From: Octopus sinensis
Lineage: Eukaryota
Assembly (NCBI RefSeq): GCF_006345805.1
Contig: NC_043006.1
Span: 35,030,001-35,094,000 of the forward strand
Direction: 5' to 3'
Length of the DNA stretch: 64,000 bases
In this document: positions 24,396 to 37,534 of the stretch, in pieces
Numbering within the stretch: the first letter of the stretch is position 1
Layout of the letters: each line of letters opens with the position of its first letter
Notes under the pieces: generated by a model
Seen by the model: the letters and a program-made list of their open reading frames with translations, nothing else
Database searches by the model: none
What the model was told of the DNA's origin: nothing
Translations under genes and position numbers: made by a program

Positions 24396-26937
24396 ATATG
24401 TTTCTTTATTAGCCACACAGGGCTGCACACAGATAGAACAAATTACAAGGTAGAGCTTTTCTTTTGAAGGTAAAAAAAAGGGGAGGTGTTCGATCAAAAG
24501 GGATCGTAAAAGGAGAGAAAGAGGACAAAAAAAGGGGGGTTAAAAAAAGGGGGAGAGGAAAAAATTGATCAATAGGGATCGTTATCACAGAAATGTCAAT
24601 ATGAAGTGTAAAGGGGAGGACAGGTGAGGTTTACCCGTGGAAAGAAAAGCCTACGGAAAAGACCACGGTAACCTCGGTCAATGAAGTCACATGTTATATT
24701 TCTTTCTTTTATTTTTTTTTTGCAAATAAGCAACGCTCTGTATTAATTTTTATGGTTCATAGAATCATAGTCAAGGTGGCTTCGTCATTCGTACGTGCCA
24801 TCCTTGCTACATTCACCCATCTTTTTTTAAAACATTCACTTGACAAAACTTGCCTCTCTACTCTCACTTTCCTCCTCAAGTGATACTTGAAGAAGTTGAT
24901 GAGAGATTGACCAGAGAGGAAAGTGTTTGTCTCTAATCCTTTCAGGCGCGTCCACCAGATACATTCTTTCGCCATAGCCACAAGTATGATAAAAATAGCT
25001 CTTCCTTCCCGTTTGAAGGAAGGAGGCGTGACGATATTAACGATAGACTCGGCTGATAAACCGACACGTCCCACACGTGACAGCAGTCGTTCGACATAAG
25101 CCCACAGGTGGGAAATTGCTGGACACTGCACGATTGCGTGCAGAGCGGTTTCGTCGCTCTGACCGCATCTCGGGCAGGTCGGCCCCGTGTTTCTCGAGCC
25201 ATGCCTATAGAGCTTATCCCGAACGGGTAGCGCTTCTCGGTAGCACCGCCAGGCCAGGGATCTCTGGAAGTTGTCCATAGGTCCCGGGCCGAAAGTCGTT
25301 TGAAACAGGTGGGTCAGGTATTCCTCGTCGACGCCCAGGTTTGCCCCGAGATCGTCGTCGTACCTCCCCTCCACTAATCCCCAATAGAATGCTTTGGTTG
25401 TGTTGAAGTCACTCAAGGTCGACCCGGGACGGCAGAGTTGCTTGAGAGCAACGCGACACTCGCGGTGCCATTCGCCCTTCCTTGGCCTCTTTTTGATCGA
25501 CGACTGCAGTTCGGTCATGGAGACAAGTTGCGGGAATGTGTGCCTCACAAACGGCGACCACACCTGTTCACCGTCGTCTACATAGAGCCGGAGATGTCGC
25601 AGTCTCAGCGCGTGTCTGCGCATCATCAACCACGGCATGCCCAGCCCTCCTTTTAACGGGTGTTGACAGCAAATGGATCGCCTGACCATCGGGACGCATC
25701 CTTTCCACAAGAAGCGGAAGAGAATGCGTTCGAGTTTGGTGATGGTAGGGTCGGGACAAGGTACGACGGTCAGGCGGTAGTAGATGATGGACGCGATGTA
25801 CGCGTTCGCCACCTCCGCCCGACCTTTTAGGGACAGTTTCCTCTCGGCCCATTGCTGGGCGAGAGTGACCACCCTACTCGTTATCTCGTTCCAGTTCTTC
25901 TCCATTTGGAGGTCCGGACCGAACCAGACCCCGAGCAATTCCAGCGTCCCACGACGGAGGTACTGGTGGACGGCATGGGCTTGCTTCTCCAGGTGCCGAG
26001 CCGCAAGCCCACTGACTTTTCCCGGTTGATTTTTGCTCCTGTCACCGCTTCGTAGTCTTTCAGTGTCTCGCCGACCCGCTCGATGTGCTCGTGGCTTGAC
26101 ACTATGACGGTGACGTCGTCCGCGTATGTAGACACGCTCGTCCCGCATCCCAGTTCTCGCGGGATGCCCCTCAGAGTCGCCAGTTTCCGCAGTAGTGGCT
26201 CAAGAGTCAATACGTATAGAAGCGCCGAGAGGGGGCATCCCTGACGGACCGAGCGTGCAATGTCGAAAGTTCTCGATAGATGTCCATTCACGCGAATTAC
26301 CGAACGGATGTCGCTGTACAAGGCAGCTATCCAGCCGCGGAAGACAGGACCGAAACCAGCCGCTCTCAGGACTGCCTCCAAGTATCGATGGTCTACCCTA
26401 TCGAAGGCTTTCGATTGATCCAAGTTGATCAGGGCCCCACCCATGCCAGGTTCGTTAACTACCCTGTCTATGATGTAGCGCATCAGATGGAGGTTGTCAT
26501 GGATGCTCCGGCCCGGCACGGCGCACGTTTAAGTGTTGTCGACCAGTTTCTCGATGACAAGCGCCAACCTCTTGGCTAACACCTTTGTCAAAATTTTCAG
26601 GTCTGCATTGAGCAGAGTGATTGGTCTAAAGTTATCTATAATGTTCCCCTTTTTTGGATCTTTCTTCAGCAGTGTTACAGCTCCTCGACTCACAAAACCG
26701 GGTATGCTCCCGTTTTGCTGCCAGTTGCAGTATACCGCTGCCAAGACGTCTCCAAACAAGTCTGACATACAATTGTAAAACTCTTAGGGCAGACCATCCA
26801 AACCCGGCGATTTGTCTCTCGAGCATTCTGCCATCGCGTCCTGCACATCCGCCGCCGTGATGGCACCTTCGCAGCACTCTGCCTCTCTTGCCGAGAGTCG
26901 TGGTAGGCTGTGCAGGTAGGCACTGAAATCCACCCTA
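24396..26937 (-). mobile_element. Tx1 copy C, 5'-truncated (RT + C-terminus + 3'UTR)
   Basis: ORFs 26529-26768, 25881-26519 (RQGCPLS, YADD) and 24757-26148. Close to B by eye. Confidence 0.92.
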
Positions 26938-26938
26938 A

Positions 26939-27563
26939 TTCATCAGGAACACATTTCAGTGTGAAGTGACAGATGTTTGGGATGAAGTGCAAGAGGAGTT
27001 GCTTGAGCTGAAGTTCAACTCCTCTGTTAAGGGAGACTTCAAATAACTGGATCTTGAAACATTCTGGATCAAGTACCTTCCTGTTTACCCTCTGATCTCA
27101 CATCAGTCTCTTCGGATTTTATCTATGTTTAGATCACGTATCTTTGTGAAGCTGCATTTTCCACGCTCGTCCCAAGTACAGAAACAGGCTGAACACTGAA
27201 AGGGACTAACATTGTGCACTCTCTGGCATTCAACCACGCATTCAAGATCTTGTAGCTAAGAAGCAGTATCAAGTATCTCACTAATAATGTGACTAATTAA
27301 TATTCAATAAAAAAATACTTATTTGCTAAGCAGCAGTGTCAAGTATCTCACTTTTTGGATAATGTGATTATATATAAAATAGATTATACATATTTTGTAT
27401 AATGTGACTAATTGATATTCAATAAAAAGATTAAAAACATACCTAAGATTTTATTTAAAATCTGAGAAGGAATTTTATTCATAGATGCAAGTGAGGGCGT
27501 TGATAGAAGGACAAATTCCTAGGGGAGGCGTGGTAGCAAAAATATTTACTAAGTTGAAGACTG
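26939..27563 (+). mobile_element. hAT-superfamily (Charlie/Buster-like) transposase C-terminal remnant with probable right end
   Basis: Manual translation FWIKYLPVYPLISHQSLRILSMF/STYLCEAAFSTL/KYRNRLNTE..ALSGIQPRIQDLVAKKQYQVSH* (stop at 27284) fits the hAT dimerisation domain. Ends in aagttgaagactg, TIR-like. Confidence 0.8.
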
Positions 27564-27678
27564 GATATTACACCATATTCATTTAAAATTTCCAGTTTCC
27601 CACCTAAACAGTGATTAAACGTTTTAACTTATTTACCATATTTATGAACTTGTTCTACTAAATGTCGTAACAGTTTAT

Positions 27679-28610
27679 TTATTTTTTCAAAAAATCTGTT
27701 TTTAATGGTGCCATACCTGATAATCTGGTCTGAAAAACACCATAACCTATAAAACTAGGAATTCTACTACTGAACCATGACATTGAGGCTACTTGGAAAC
27801 CAAAATCTTCTGTTTTATTATAAATGTCAGTACATATCTCATTATTATCGTTAATTACTAAATTGACATTTAAATAATTAATATTCTTTATATTGTTACC
27901 ATTTTTAGTGGCTATAAGCTCACTGGAGTATATTCTTCTGAGTAAAAATTCAAAGAAACCATAATTAGGTATAAATATATCATCTATGTATTTGCAGCAT
28001 CCATCAAGTTGTTTAAGCAAACCAAGTTTTTACCTCGGTTATAGGTCTTTAAGAAAAAGGAACTCTGCTGAAGAAAGGTAAATGTCCGCCAATAGATGGC
28101 TACAATTGCCATCCATTGGAATTCCTCTAACCTGTTGAAACACCTGACCCACAAACACTATAAACAAATTATCAATAATAAAACTAATCATCTATTTCCT
28201 CTTTCTCTTATTTATGTTAGTATATCCCTTATAACAACAATTAAACAAGAAACCTCTGCCATTCTTGATATATATACATTTATATCCTTTATTAAATATG
28301 ATATCTAATATACTAAAAATACCTGCTTCTAAACATTTAAGATTGAAGTTTGTATGCTGCGTCAAAAGATCGTACACATACATACCCTTAACCTTTTTGC
28401 ATTTAATCAGTCTTTCCAGAAATTCCTTAAGTTGATCTAACACTCCATAAATAACTAATTCCTGAACTGTTATAAATTTTATCAGAATATATTTTTTAAT
28501 AAGCTCTAGATGTTTTTAAGGCATCATTAACCAATAGAGAAAGCTGTTTATTTGTACAATTACTAGCTCCTGTTATGGATCTACTTTTAAAACGAACTTT
28601 ATAGGTCTAC
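27679..28610 (-). mobile_element. Penelope-like element RT fragment, decayed
   Basis: ITGASNCTNKQLS; FQQVRGIPMDGNCSHLLADIY; KYIDDI; IYNKTEDFGFQV..SSRIPS..YGVF. These match the PLE RT motif series. Confidence 0.8.
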
Positions 28611-28624
28611 ATGCTTTGCCCCGT

Positions 28625-29017
28625 GCAGAAACTGCAGGAGTAACTCAGACGTTTTGCCAATCCTTTTAAATCCAATACAATGCTGGAAACTCTTCCGTAT
28701 CACCAGCAGAAATTTCAAGGTCACAAGCGTTTCGCCCCTTAACCTGTACTCGACTACTCATTGAGTCTGTGGGGACTGGGTTAGTCTTCACCTACGGAAG
28801 GATTCCACTTGCGGTCGCATATCAAACAAAGCATTCTCGAGTTTATTTCAGCTGCCGTGTGTATCTCCCTGATGGCTTTCTTCAGCTGTATGGATTCCAG
28901 GCGTATCTTATGCTGGTAGTAGCGCACTGATCCAGCCGAAAGACCGCAGCAACCTAGCTCAATGGAGAATGAAGTTGCCTACCATCTCTTGACAAGGTCC
29001 TCCTCGACTAAGTTCTG
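28625..29017 (-). mobile_element. RLE-type non-LTR retrotransposon 3' fragment (HERO/NeSL-like)
   Basis: Manual translation 29017-28781: KRW*ATSFSIELGCCGLSAGS...LKKAIREIHTAAEINSRMLCLICDRKW resembles the IEVGCRG...AAE..S.WLW RLE C-terminus. 3'UTR follows. Confidence 0.65.
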
Positions 29018-29104
29018 ATATTTCGTTTTATATATATATATATATATTCTTTTTTTCAAGGTCTGATCAATACGTATCCGGACTCAGTTTATTGATATAT
29101 CTAA

Positions 29105-29313
29105 GGTACTGAACGGGAAGAATCTTCAGCACCCCGGACAAAATGCTTAGCGCTATTTCGTCTGTCTTAACGTTCTGAGTTCAAATACCGCCGACGTCGA
29201 CTTTATCTGTCATCCTTCCAGGGGTCGATAAAATAAGTACCAGTTGAACGCTGGGTCCAATGTAATCGACTTGGTGCTTCCCACAAAATTGCTGGCCTTG
29301 TGCCAGAATTTTA
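29105..29313 (+). mobile_element. Family-1 SINE
   Basis: gttctgagttcaaataccgccgacgtcgac...ggggtcgataaaataagtacc. Confidence 0.8.
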
Positions 29314-29552
29314 AGCAAATTGCTACACATGATTCCATACCACTTTCATTAATCAAGACGTTATTAATTTAAATAATATGGTGAGGAAGTGAATGGCAGC
29401 GAAATGAATGATAAGCGGTCTCTTTATAAATATAGAACTCAGGACCTCACTTGAACTCTTTTGATGTAAACTGCAAACACACACGCACATACAAATTGTC
29501 TCTCTCACATACATTCTCAGACGCCAGCACAGGCACTCTCCCTACTTTTCCT

Positions 29553-29611
<59 letters not shown>

Positions 29612-30044
29612 TTCCCTCACACGCATACACATATTCGTATACGCACAGTCACTCACTTTTAATGTAATACATTTCAAGACGCAACTCAAAATATCTCGAT
29701 AAAACTATAATCCAGTCTATTAATCAATATTAGTTGTATCGATCGGTTAGAAGATGAAAGACATTCGAATATTAATCCTCCACCGAAAAGTGACTTTAGT
29801 ACACATACTTAGTGATTCAGCCAAAACTGCTTTAATAAGTTCTGTAAAGTTTATATTACACTTGCAAGGTTATAATAAGGCCGGAACATGTTCAAAATTG
29901 TCTTCTGTACTTGCAGAAATAATTAAGATAATAGTCAATAATATTGATGTGTTCGTCACCTCATAATTATTCCAAGATAGCTATTTAATTAGAAAATTGT
30001 TATTTTTAAATCTCACAACGAGAGATATTCAGCAACAGTACTTT

Positions 30045-30538
30045 GGAGTAAAAATTGTTTGCCAACATAACATGGCAGACCTGATTTAGGACGAATGTTG
30101 CTGTAATTTAGCCCCAGGAGACGTCGTCTCCAGCTGGCTGTATGAAACGATCTGTGTCCTTATATTTTCGAAAGTACTCCAAAGTACTGTTACTGAATAT
30201 CTCTAGGTGTGAGATTTAAAAATAGTAATTTTCAAATCTATAGATCAGTGACTAGTTGTTATTTTGAAAACTACATATTTCGAACGGGAATTTGGCAGCG
30301 CCACCACTAGTCGAATAATTAATTGTTCTGTGTTGATGAAGGGAAATAACCCGGAAATTGCGATACACAGATATTGTTTTGAGCTGAGTGAGGGTGCTAG
30401 ATTCTCTTGTTCGAAAACATAAGGACACAGATCGTGTCGTATAGCCAGCTGGAGACGTTGTCTTCTGGGGCTAAATTACAGCAACATTCGTCCTAAAACC
30501 AGGACTGCTATGTTATGTTGGCAAACAATCTTTACTCC
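30045..30538. mobile_element. MITE with ~128-bp imperfect TIRs
   Basis: 30045-30172 is the reverse complement of 30410-30538 (GGAGTAAA...TTTACTCC). Confidence 0.85.
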
Positions 30539-30684
30539 TAGCTATTTAATGTTTTCCTATCTGGTTATTATTTTATTTTATGCGTTTCAGTTCAACGGCA
30601 GTGGCCTGGCTGAGGCACCGCCAGTGTTATAACGTTTTCAATGGCCATACTTTTGTGATTTGTGACTGGCTTTTGGTGAAGGAA

Positions 30685-30889
30685 GAACTTCGATATTACT
30701 GCTATCTTCTGAATTTCTTCGTGTGATGGTAGTTCATCTGGGGCCTTGGGCAGCTGAATATCAAGCTATTTCTTGAAAATCTCTACGCCTACTCCATGTA
30801 TATCCATCAGTTGTTTTGACAATGTATTGAATAGCCGTGAGCCCTTGACACTCAAACTGTTGCAGTACATGGTACTCATTCTAGATGGA
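30685..30889 (-). mobile_element. CR1/L2-group LINE C-terminal fragment
   Basis: NSLSVKGSRLFNTLSKQLMDIHGVGVEIFKK*LDIQLPKAPDE. Confidence 0.65.
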
Positions 30890-31307
30890 AGCTTTGGTTG
30901 GTTAGAATGTTATGAACTTGTTTGTTGAAAAATATTTTGTTATATCTAGCGAGGGTCATTATGTCTATAATATACACGTACACTGGTTATATTTCATTTC
31001 TTTTATTATTCTTTAGTTGGCTGATGTATTTGACTATTTAACTAATTGATTGTTTGACTAAGCATCCGGTTAATCAATAAATCAATCAGTTATCTTTCTC
31101 AAAACCCTTTCGTCACCCTATACGACCTTTACAATGCTATGGCCTTTCTTCTCCAGGTCAGCTTCAGGTATGTCTGCCTGTTAATTTTTGGTTCAATATC
31201 AGTTAAACAGTTGGTTAATGAGTTTCTTAATTAGTCTACCAATTGAAGAATATTACAGAAAGTAAATATAAACAGTGCATGTGTTTATTATTGACGCAAT
31301 GACACTT

Positions 31308-31629
31308 GGTGAAGGAGCTTGGCTTAATATTTGGGATATTCAGCTCACGGTCGTATGGTCATGAGTTCGATTCCTGGTAGCGAGTCATGTCTTTGAGCAA
31401 GACACTTTATTTCATGCTGTTTCAGTCCACTCAGCTGGCAAAAGTGGGTTGTACCTGTAATTCAATGGTACCATCCTTGACACACTCTGTGTCACGCTGA
31501 ATCTCACCGAGTTCTACGTTAAAGGTACGTGTGCCTGGGGAGTGCTCTTCGACTTACACGTTAATTTCAGGAGCAGGCTGTTCCGCTGATCGGTTCAACT
31601 AGAATAATTGTTGTCCTAACAGAGTGCCA
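31308..31629 (+). mobile_element. tRNA-derived SINE (family 5: CORE/V-like middle, tail type a)
   Basis: Homologous to 46268-46588; tail shared with 7670-7850. Confidence 0.8.
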
Positions 31630-31674
31630 GGATAATGGACCAAGAAACAACAAAGATTTTTAATATTCTTGCAT

Positions 31675-31715
<41 letters not shown>

Positions 31716-32282
31716 ATCCCCCAAAATTTATCTCCTCTGTACCTTTTTCTTTGTCTCTGATTTTTTTTCTAATCTTTCAATCCCGCTGCCCCCCCCCCAT
31801 CTCTTCTCCTTCAACCTGACCGGTGTCCGGATAGACATAATCTTGGCCTGACTGCTGACCGCCAACACCTTTTGTGTCCATCTCCTATGTTCCTGCCTTT
31901 AGGTTTTCACTTCATACACGCCAGCTCAATTTGAGTCGTTCTCAGTCGAAAGACACCTGCTGTTTGTATTCGTAATTGTGTACCATGTTCTCCGCTTTTT
32001 TTTTTGTTTGGTTTTTCTTTGTCTTTGTTGCCGTACAAATTCGCCAGCTTTCTTACAAATTGATCTAATGCACTTAGCTTACACTAGGAGGTGGGCGCAC
32101 CAGATCGAACAATTTCAAGTGTAACTGTCCGAAATTTCCATGACTTCTGGGAAAGAAGGACTCGTCTTTTTTTGCTTGTCCTTCTAATTGTTGTTTCTCC
32201 TTCCGCCATTGTATCGTCTATCTGTCCGAATGTTTTAATGCCGTCTGTTGAGTTTTTGTTCCATACACGCAAACACACACAC

Positions 32283-32297
32283 AATTTTACCATTTGT

Positions 32298-32347
<50 letters not shown>

Positions 32348-32362
32348 ACAAATGGTAAAATT
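32283..32362. repeat. 80-bp perfect palindrome centred on (TA)n
   Basis: aattttaccatttgttat-(TA)22-ataacaaatggtaaaatt. Confidence 0.85.
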
Positions 32363-32876
32363 AATTAAGAAGTAATCAATAATTGCACCAAGTAGAATTC
32401 GGCATAAAAAAGGACCATTTCATGGTAAACTTAAGTAATACTTAATAATTAGGGTTCAGCAAAGATTTGCTTTACCACATACCGAAGTTTAGAAATAGCA
32501 GCCAAAAAACGTTAGCTATTTCTTATACTTTAAAAAGGGACTCCCAGAAAAATCAAAATACTTGAAAACAAACCACACAGGCAGAGAGGAAGAAGTAACG
32601 AAAATCAATCAATATCTGGTCACCTATGGACGCGCGTTTCGGAATAAGATTGGAATAAAGAATATAGAATTACACTTTAGCAACCGTTTTCCTCTTCAGC
32701 ATAGGACCCCATCAATAATTAAATATTGAAATATTACATTCGAAGGTACTGGAATAATTGAACATATCTCTCCACCTAACGGTATCTGACAGATAATATT
32801 CAGTGTTAGTACCGCCGAATTCAAAACATGAATGAGGTTCAATTACCCTCCCCTGCCCGTCCTCGTGTGTCTACAT

Positions 32877-32930
<54 letters not shown>

Positions 32931-32933
<3 letters not shown>

Positions 32934-33214
32934 CGCAAATAAGAAAAAGGAGAAGATAGACGACAAGCATCAAATAGTAAACATTCATTTGGATCTATTT
33001 ATTAATTACAATCATATTTCCAATCGTATTTTGCACTCATTTATGCTTATTTATTTTATTTATCTATTTATTTACTTCTTTATTTGTTTGTTTTACTTGT
33101 TTATTTTAATTACTTATACATAAGATTGTAATTAATTAATAAATAGATCCAAATGAATGTCTACAGGGTGATGTTTGTCGATTGATTATCCTCTCCATTT
33201 TCTACTTTGCCTTA
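32931..33214. mobile_element. Degenerate MITE/foldback
   Basis: Arms 'acattcatttggatctatttattaatt' and 'aattaataaatagatccaaatgaatgt' plus imperfect outer arms. Confidence 0.7.
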
Positions 33215-33404
33215 TGAATTCTGGGTAAATTTGTTTTTTACCCTCACTCTTACCTATTATTCAATTGCGATATTGCCCTACAATAATAAGCACTTGGATA
33301 TAAATACGTAGGTATATATCCAGTAGTATATTGGATGTTTACTATCCCTTAGATGGTTGCTTAAACTCTAACTCGTAGAGACACATACACACACACACAT
33401 ATAT

Positions 33405-33607
33405 ATCAAAATTAGCCTCAGGATATCCAGAGGTGATGCAGTACGACCGTTTCAAGCGGCTCCATTAAATTGAACAATGCAATCATTACATCAATTTAAA
33501 TACAGAGCTATCCTCAGCTGACGTAATGACTGCATTGTTCAATTAAACGGAGCCGCTTGAAACGGTTGTACTGCATTTCCTCTGGATATCCTGTTGCTTA
33601 TTTTGAT
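33405..33607. mobile_element. Foldback MITE, ~89-bp arms, ~25-nt loop
   Basis: caggatatccagagg..gcagtacgaccgtttcaagcggctcc versus ggagccgcttgaaacggttgtactgc..cctctggatatcctg. Confidence 0.85.
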
Positions 33608-33715
33608 TTTATTCACCTTATTTTGAAATTGTACGGATAATACCGCACTAAATTTTGCTGCTTCAACTTAAGTACATAATTCATCTGAATCCCAATTATT
33701 TTGATATAAATATAT

Positions 33716-33754
<39 letters not shown>

Positions 33755-34399
33755 GGAAGTCTTTGTGAGGATTACTTAATACAGTTAAGAAAAAAATTAT
33801 ATTTCTAAAAAGTTATAAAATCTTTTATCAGGATGTTACTAACCTGTTTTGGAAGAAGTTTTTTTCCCTCGTGTGTGAGAGCTTTCTATTAACCTTATAT
33901 ATAGTGGGAAAATCAGCTACCAATATAGGCTGTGTACTAAGCTTGACCGCAGTGAACTGGTGATCGTACTAATACTTTAAGACCAATACTAATTCACTCG
34001 GAGATTTTCCGTTGGCTTATCGTATTGATAAGCCAACTTACCGTTGTCTTTGATAACCAATGTATTGCACTCTGGTGCACTATAATGCACTCTGTTACAT
34101 ATTTTTATCATCGTTCTTACATAGAGAGCTAATAAAATAGGTATAGCTTACATTTCACACCAATGTTGTCAACGTCGTCAGTGTTTCTATAATCACCGCC
34201 ATCAGCACCGCCATTATCAACATCATCATCATCGTATTCATTACATTGTCGTCGTTGTCGTCGTCTTCGTCGTCATCATTAGCATCCGGTATAAAAGATA
34301 AATCATCTGTTAAGAAAGTACTTGGTTGTCCAAACTAGCGTGACGTGAAATATTGATACGGTCGTAAAATATATTATTCTTTTTCTATTTCTCCCTGTC

Positions 34400-35165
34400 T
34401 GTGTATTTCTCTCTCACTATGTGCTTCTGTAATAATGCTAATATTGTGTGTGTGTGTGTTTGTGTGCGTGTGTATGTGTGTACCTATGTGTACAGGTATG
34501 TCTGTGTGTACGTGTGTGTCTGTGTGTACGTGTGTGTGTACGCGCGAGCGTTTGTGTTTATGGAGAATAGACAAGAGTGTGATATGTGCGAATAATGTGT
34601 GTGTGCGTGTACGTGTGTGTACGTGTGTGTGTACATGTGTATGTGTATGTGTGTGTGTGTGTGTGTGTGTACGTGTGTGTGTACATGTGTATGTGTATGT
34701 GTGTGTGTGTGTGTGTGTGTGTACGTGTGAGTATGTGTGTACGTGCGTTTGTGTTTATGGAGAATAGACAAGAGTGTGACATGTGTATATATTGCATGTG
34801 TGCGTGTCCGTGTGTGTACGTGTGTGTGTGCATGTGTGTGTATGCGTGTGTGTGTGTATGTGTGTGTACGTGTGAGTTTGTGTGTACATGTATGTCTGCG
34901 TGTTTATGGAGAATAGACAAGAGCGTGACATGTGTAAATATTGCATGTGTGCGTACCAGTGTGTGTGTCTTCGTGTATGCGTTTTCGTGTGTGCGTACAT
35001 GTGTGTGTATATATGTGTGTGTATGAGTGTGTGTACGTGTGTGTGTATGCGTGTGTGTGTATGTGTGAGTTCGTTTCTGCGTGTTCGAGTGTGTGTGTGT
35101 ACGTGTGTCAATGTGTGCGTGCATTTGTGTTTATGGGGAATAGACAAGAGTGTGGTATCTGTGAA
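34400..35165. repeat. Minisatellite: conserved ~35-bp core separated by variable TG-rich spacers
   Basis: gtttatggagaatagacaagag at 34556, 34753, 34902, 35129. Confidence 0.9.
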
Positions 35166-35259
35166 TATGCGTGTGCGTATGTATTAGAGGTATGTATATT
35201 TGTGTGTATATAAGCAATTTTGTATATTCCGGTCAAATACAGACCCATTTTTCTCTGTC

Positions 35260-35400
35260 CATTTGCTTTCTCCCCACATTCCTTTCTGTAGAAAGGGATA
35301 GATTCAAACGTCAAAGACTTTTCCATTTTCCCTGAGCGTCAAATTAATACACTTGTTCTCTCACCTGTCTCAGACTTCTGATTTTTCTCTTTTCTGTTTC
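35260..35400 (+). mobile_element. Second copy of the 1318-1470 repeat
   Basis: cattcctttctg..aaacgtcaaagactttt..gagcgtcaaattaatacac. Confidence 0.6.
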
Positions 35401-35414
35401 TTGTACAATTTCGA

Positions 35415-35419
<5 letters not shown>

Positions 35420-35478
<59 letters not shown>

Positions 35479-35582
35479 ATATATATATATATATAGATAT
35501 ATATATATATATATATTATATATGTATATGTGTGTTTGTATATGTATGTATGTGTATATATATATATATATATTATATATAT

Positions 35583-35640
<58 letters not shown>

Positions 35641-35646
35641 ATATAT

Positions 35647-35682
<36 letters not shown>

Positions 35683-35702
35683 GATATATATATATATATA
35701 TA

Positions 35703-35769
<67 letters not shown>

Positions 35770-35811
35770 ATATATATATAATATATATATATATATACAC
35801 ATATATATATA
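35420..35811. repeat. Long interrupted (TA)n
   Basis: Direct reading. Confidence 0.95.
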
Positions 35812-36953
35812 GTGAGTTGGGTACAGAAATTCAGGGTGAGTACGTGATAATTGTAAGCACCTGTATATACCGTTTGGTGGTGTAGGTGGTGGAGTAAATT
35901 AATCAAAATAAAAACATGATGCCAAGGATTCAGCGGTACATATGTTTCGGGCCTTTATTAGACGGATTTATAACAATGCATAATGTGTGTCTGTGGCCTT
36001 CTTCAGCCGCGCACAACTACTACCTCAAGGACATGTATTACATCAAAAATTCTACGTTGGGGATGCAAATCCTCTCATTCGCGTACGACATAATGCGGCA
36101 ACAGCATAAAAATGAAGCGTCCATCTCGTCCTTCTCTCAATGTAGAATGAGGAAGTTTGGATGTTGAGGTAATATAAATAAATGAATAAATAAATATATA
36201 CATATATAAATACAGACAGACGTGAAGGAACCTGGTAATAAGAGCAAATAGAGGTAAAGATGGAGGGGCGAGAATTCAGGACGAAGGATAAAAAATATAT
36301 AAAAGTGTAAGTATAGAAAATATAAAAATGTAGAGTATAAAGATATAAAGAGATATAAAAATATAAAAAAATATAAATGAATATAAAGGTATAAAGTTAT
36401 TAAAAAAAATAAAAAATAATAAATAAAAAAAATAAAAAATAAAAAATAAAAAAATAAAAAAATAGCAGAAGTATAAAGGGTATAAGAGTGTAGGAATGTA
36501 ACAGAATATAAGGATAAGGGATATATAGTAGTTACGGACCAAACATGGTGGTCAGGAAAATGACAAATTCTGGTTGTAGGGTGTCATAAATCAACCTGGG
36601 GACCTAGTGTATTGTAAATTAGAGTTGTTGAGCCGCTTATCTAGTTCTTCGTAACGTATTAAGTGGTCATCATGTACATACGTACCCGCATGGATACATA
36701 CACCCATATACACGCTCACGTATACGCACGCATACGCAACTACACGCATACAAGCATACATACGTACTCTCGTGTAAACATATACAGATATATATGGAAA
36801 AAGGCGCATGTAGTCGGGTACTATGTATATATATATCACCGTGATCACCGTGACCGACCAGGCTATCAGATGTTGCTACACATCGCTGGTTACAATGCAC
36901 TTCGCACTGTTTTAGCCTTCAAACGACGCCACCCTGCTGGCTAAGCGAGCAGG

Positions 36954-36996
<43 letters not shown>

Positions 36997-37199
36997 AGAT
37001 ACATACTTATCATGGACTCTCCCGTCGTAAAACGACGTATGATGGTCCGGCGATGTGTTTCACTTTTTATGAATCTACTATATGTATTATATGTGCGTGT
37101 GTATGTATGTATGTTTGCATGGATCTTGATATGTATGTATGTACGCTTGAGCGTATTTGTCTCTTTGCCTCTATTTTTGTCAATGCTTGACATGCGGTG

Positions 37200-37263
37200 T
37201 TGGCATTTTTAAGTAACCGTAAACAAGTGGTTCGGCAAAAGACCGATAGAACAGAATAAGTAC

Positions 37264-37295
<32 letters not shown>

Positions 37296-37495
37296 CTCTT
37301 ATTCTTTCTTTGTTTCAATCATTTAACTGTGGTCATGCAAGCGCGTCGCCTTTTATTGAAACTAATCGGCCTCAGCACTTATTCTTTGTAAGCTTAGTAC
37401 TTATAGTATCGACCCCTTTTACTCAACCGCTAGGTTACGGGGACGTAAACACGCCTACATCGGTTGTCAGGCGATGGTGGGGACACAGTCGCACA
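37200..37495. mobile_element. Two family-2 SINE fragments in opposite orientation
   Basis: ggttcggcaaaagaccgatag..aataagtacta (+) and 37320-37490 (-). Confidence 0.65.
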
Positions 37496-37534
37496 AACAT
37501 ATACATACATGCAACGGGCTTCTTTATATTTATA

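Noticed and set aside
29056-29086. Possible mariner-like TIR fragment
   Set aside because: Only ~30 bp and no partner TIR in the window.
34540-35165. CRISPR-like repeat/spacer appearance
   Set aside because: Eukaryotic context, no cas genes, and spacers are long, low-complexity and mutually related.
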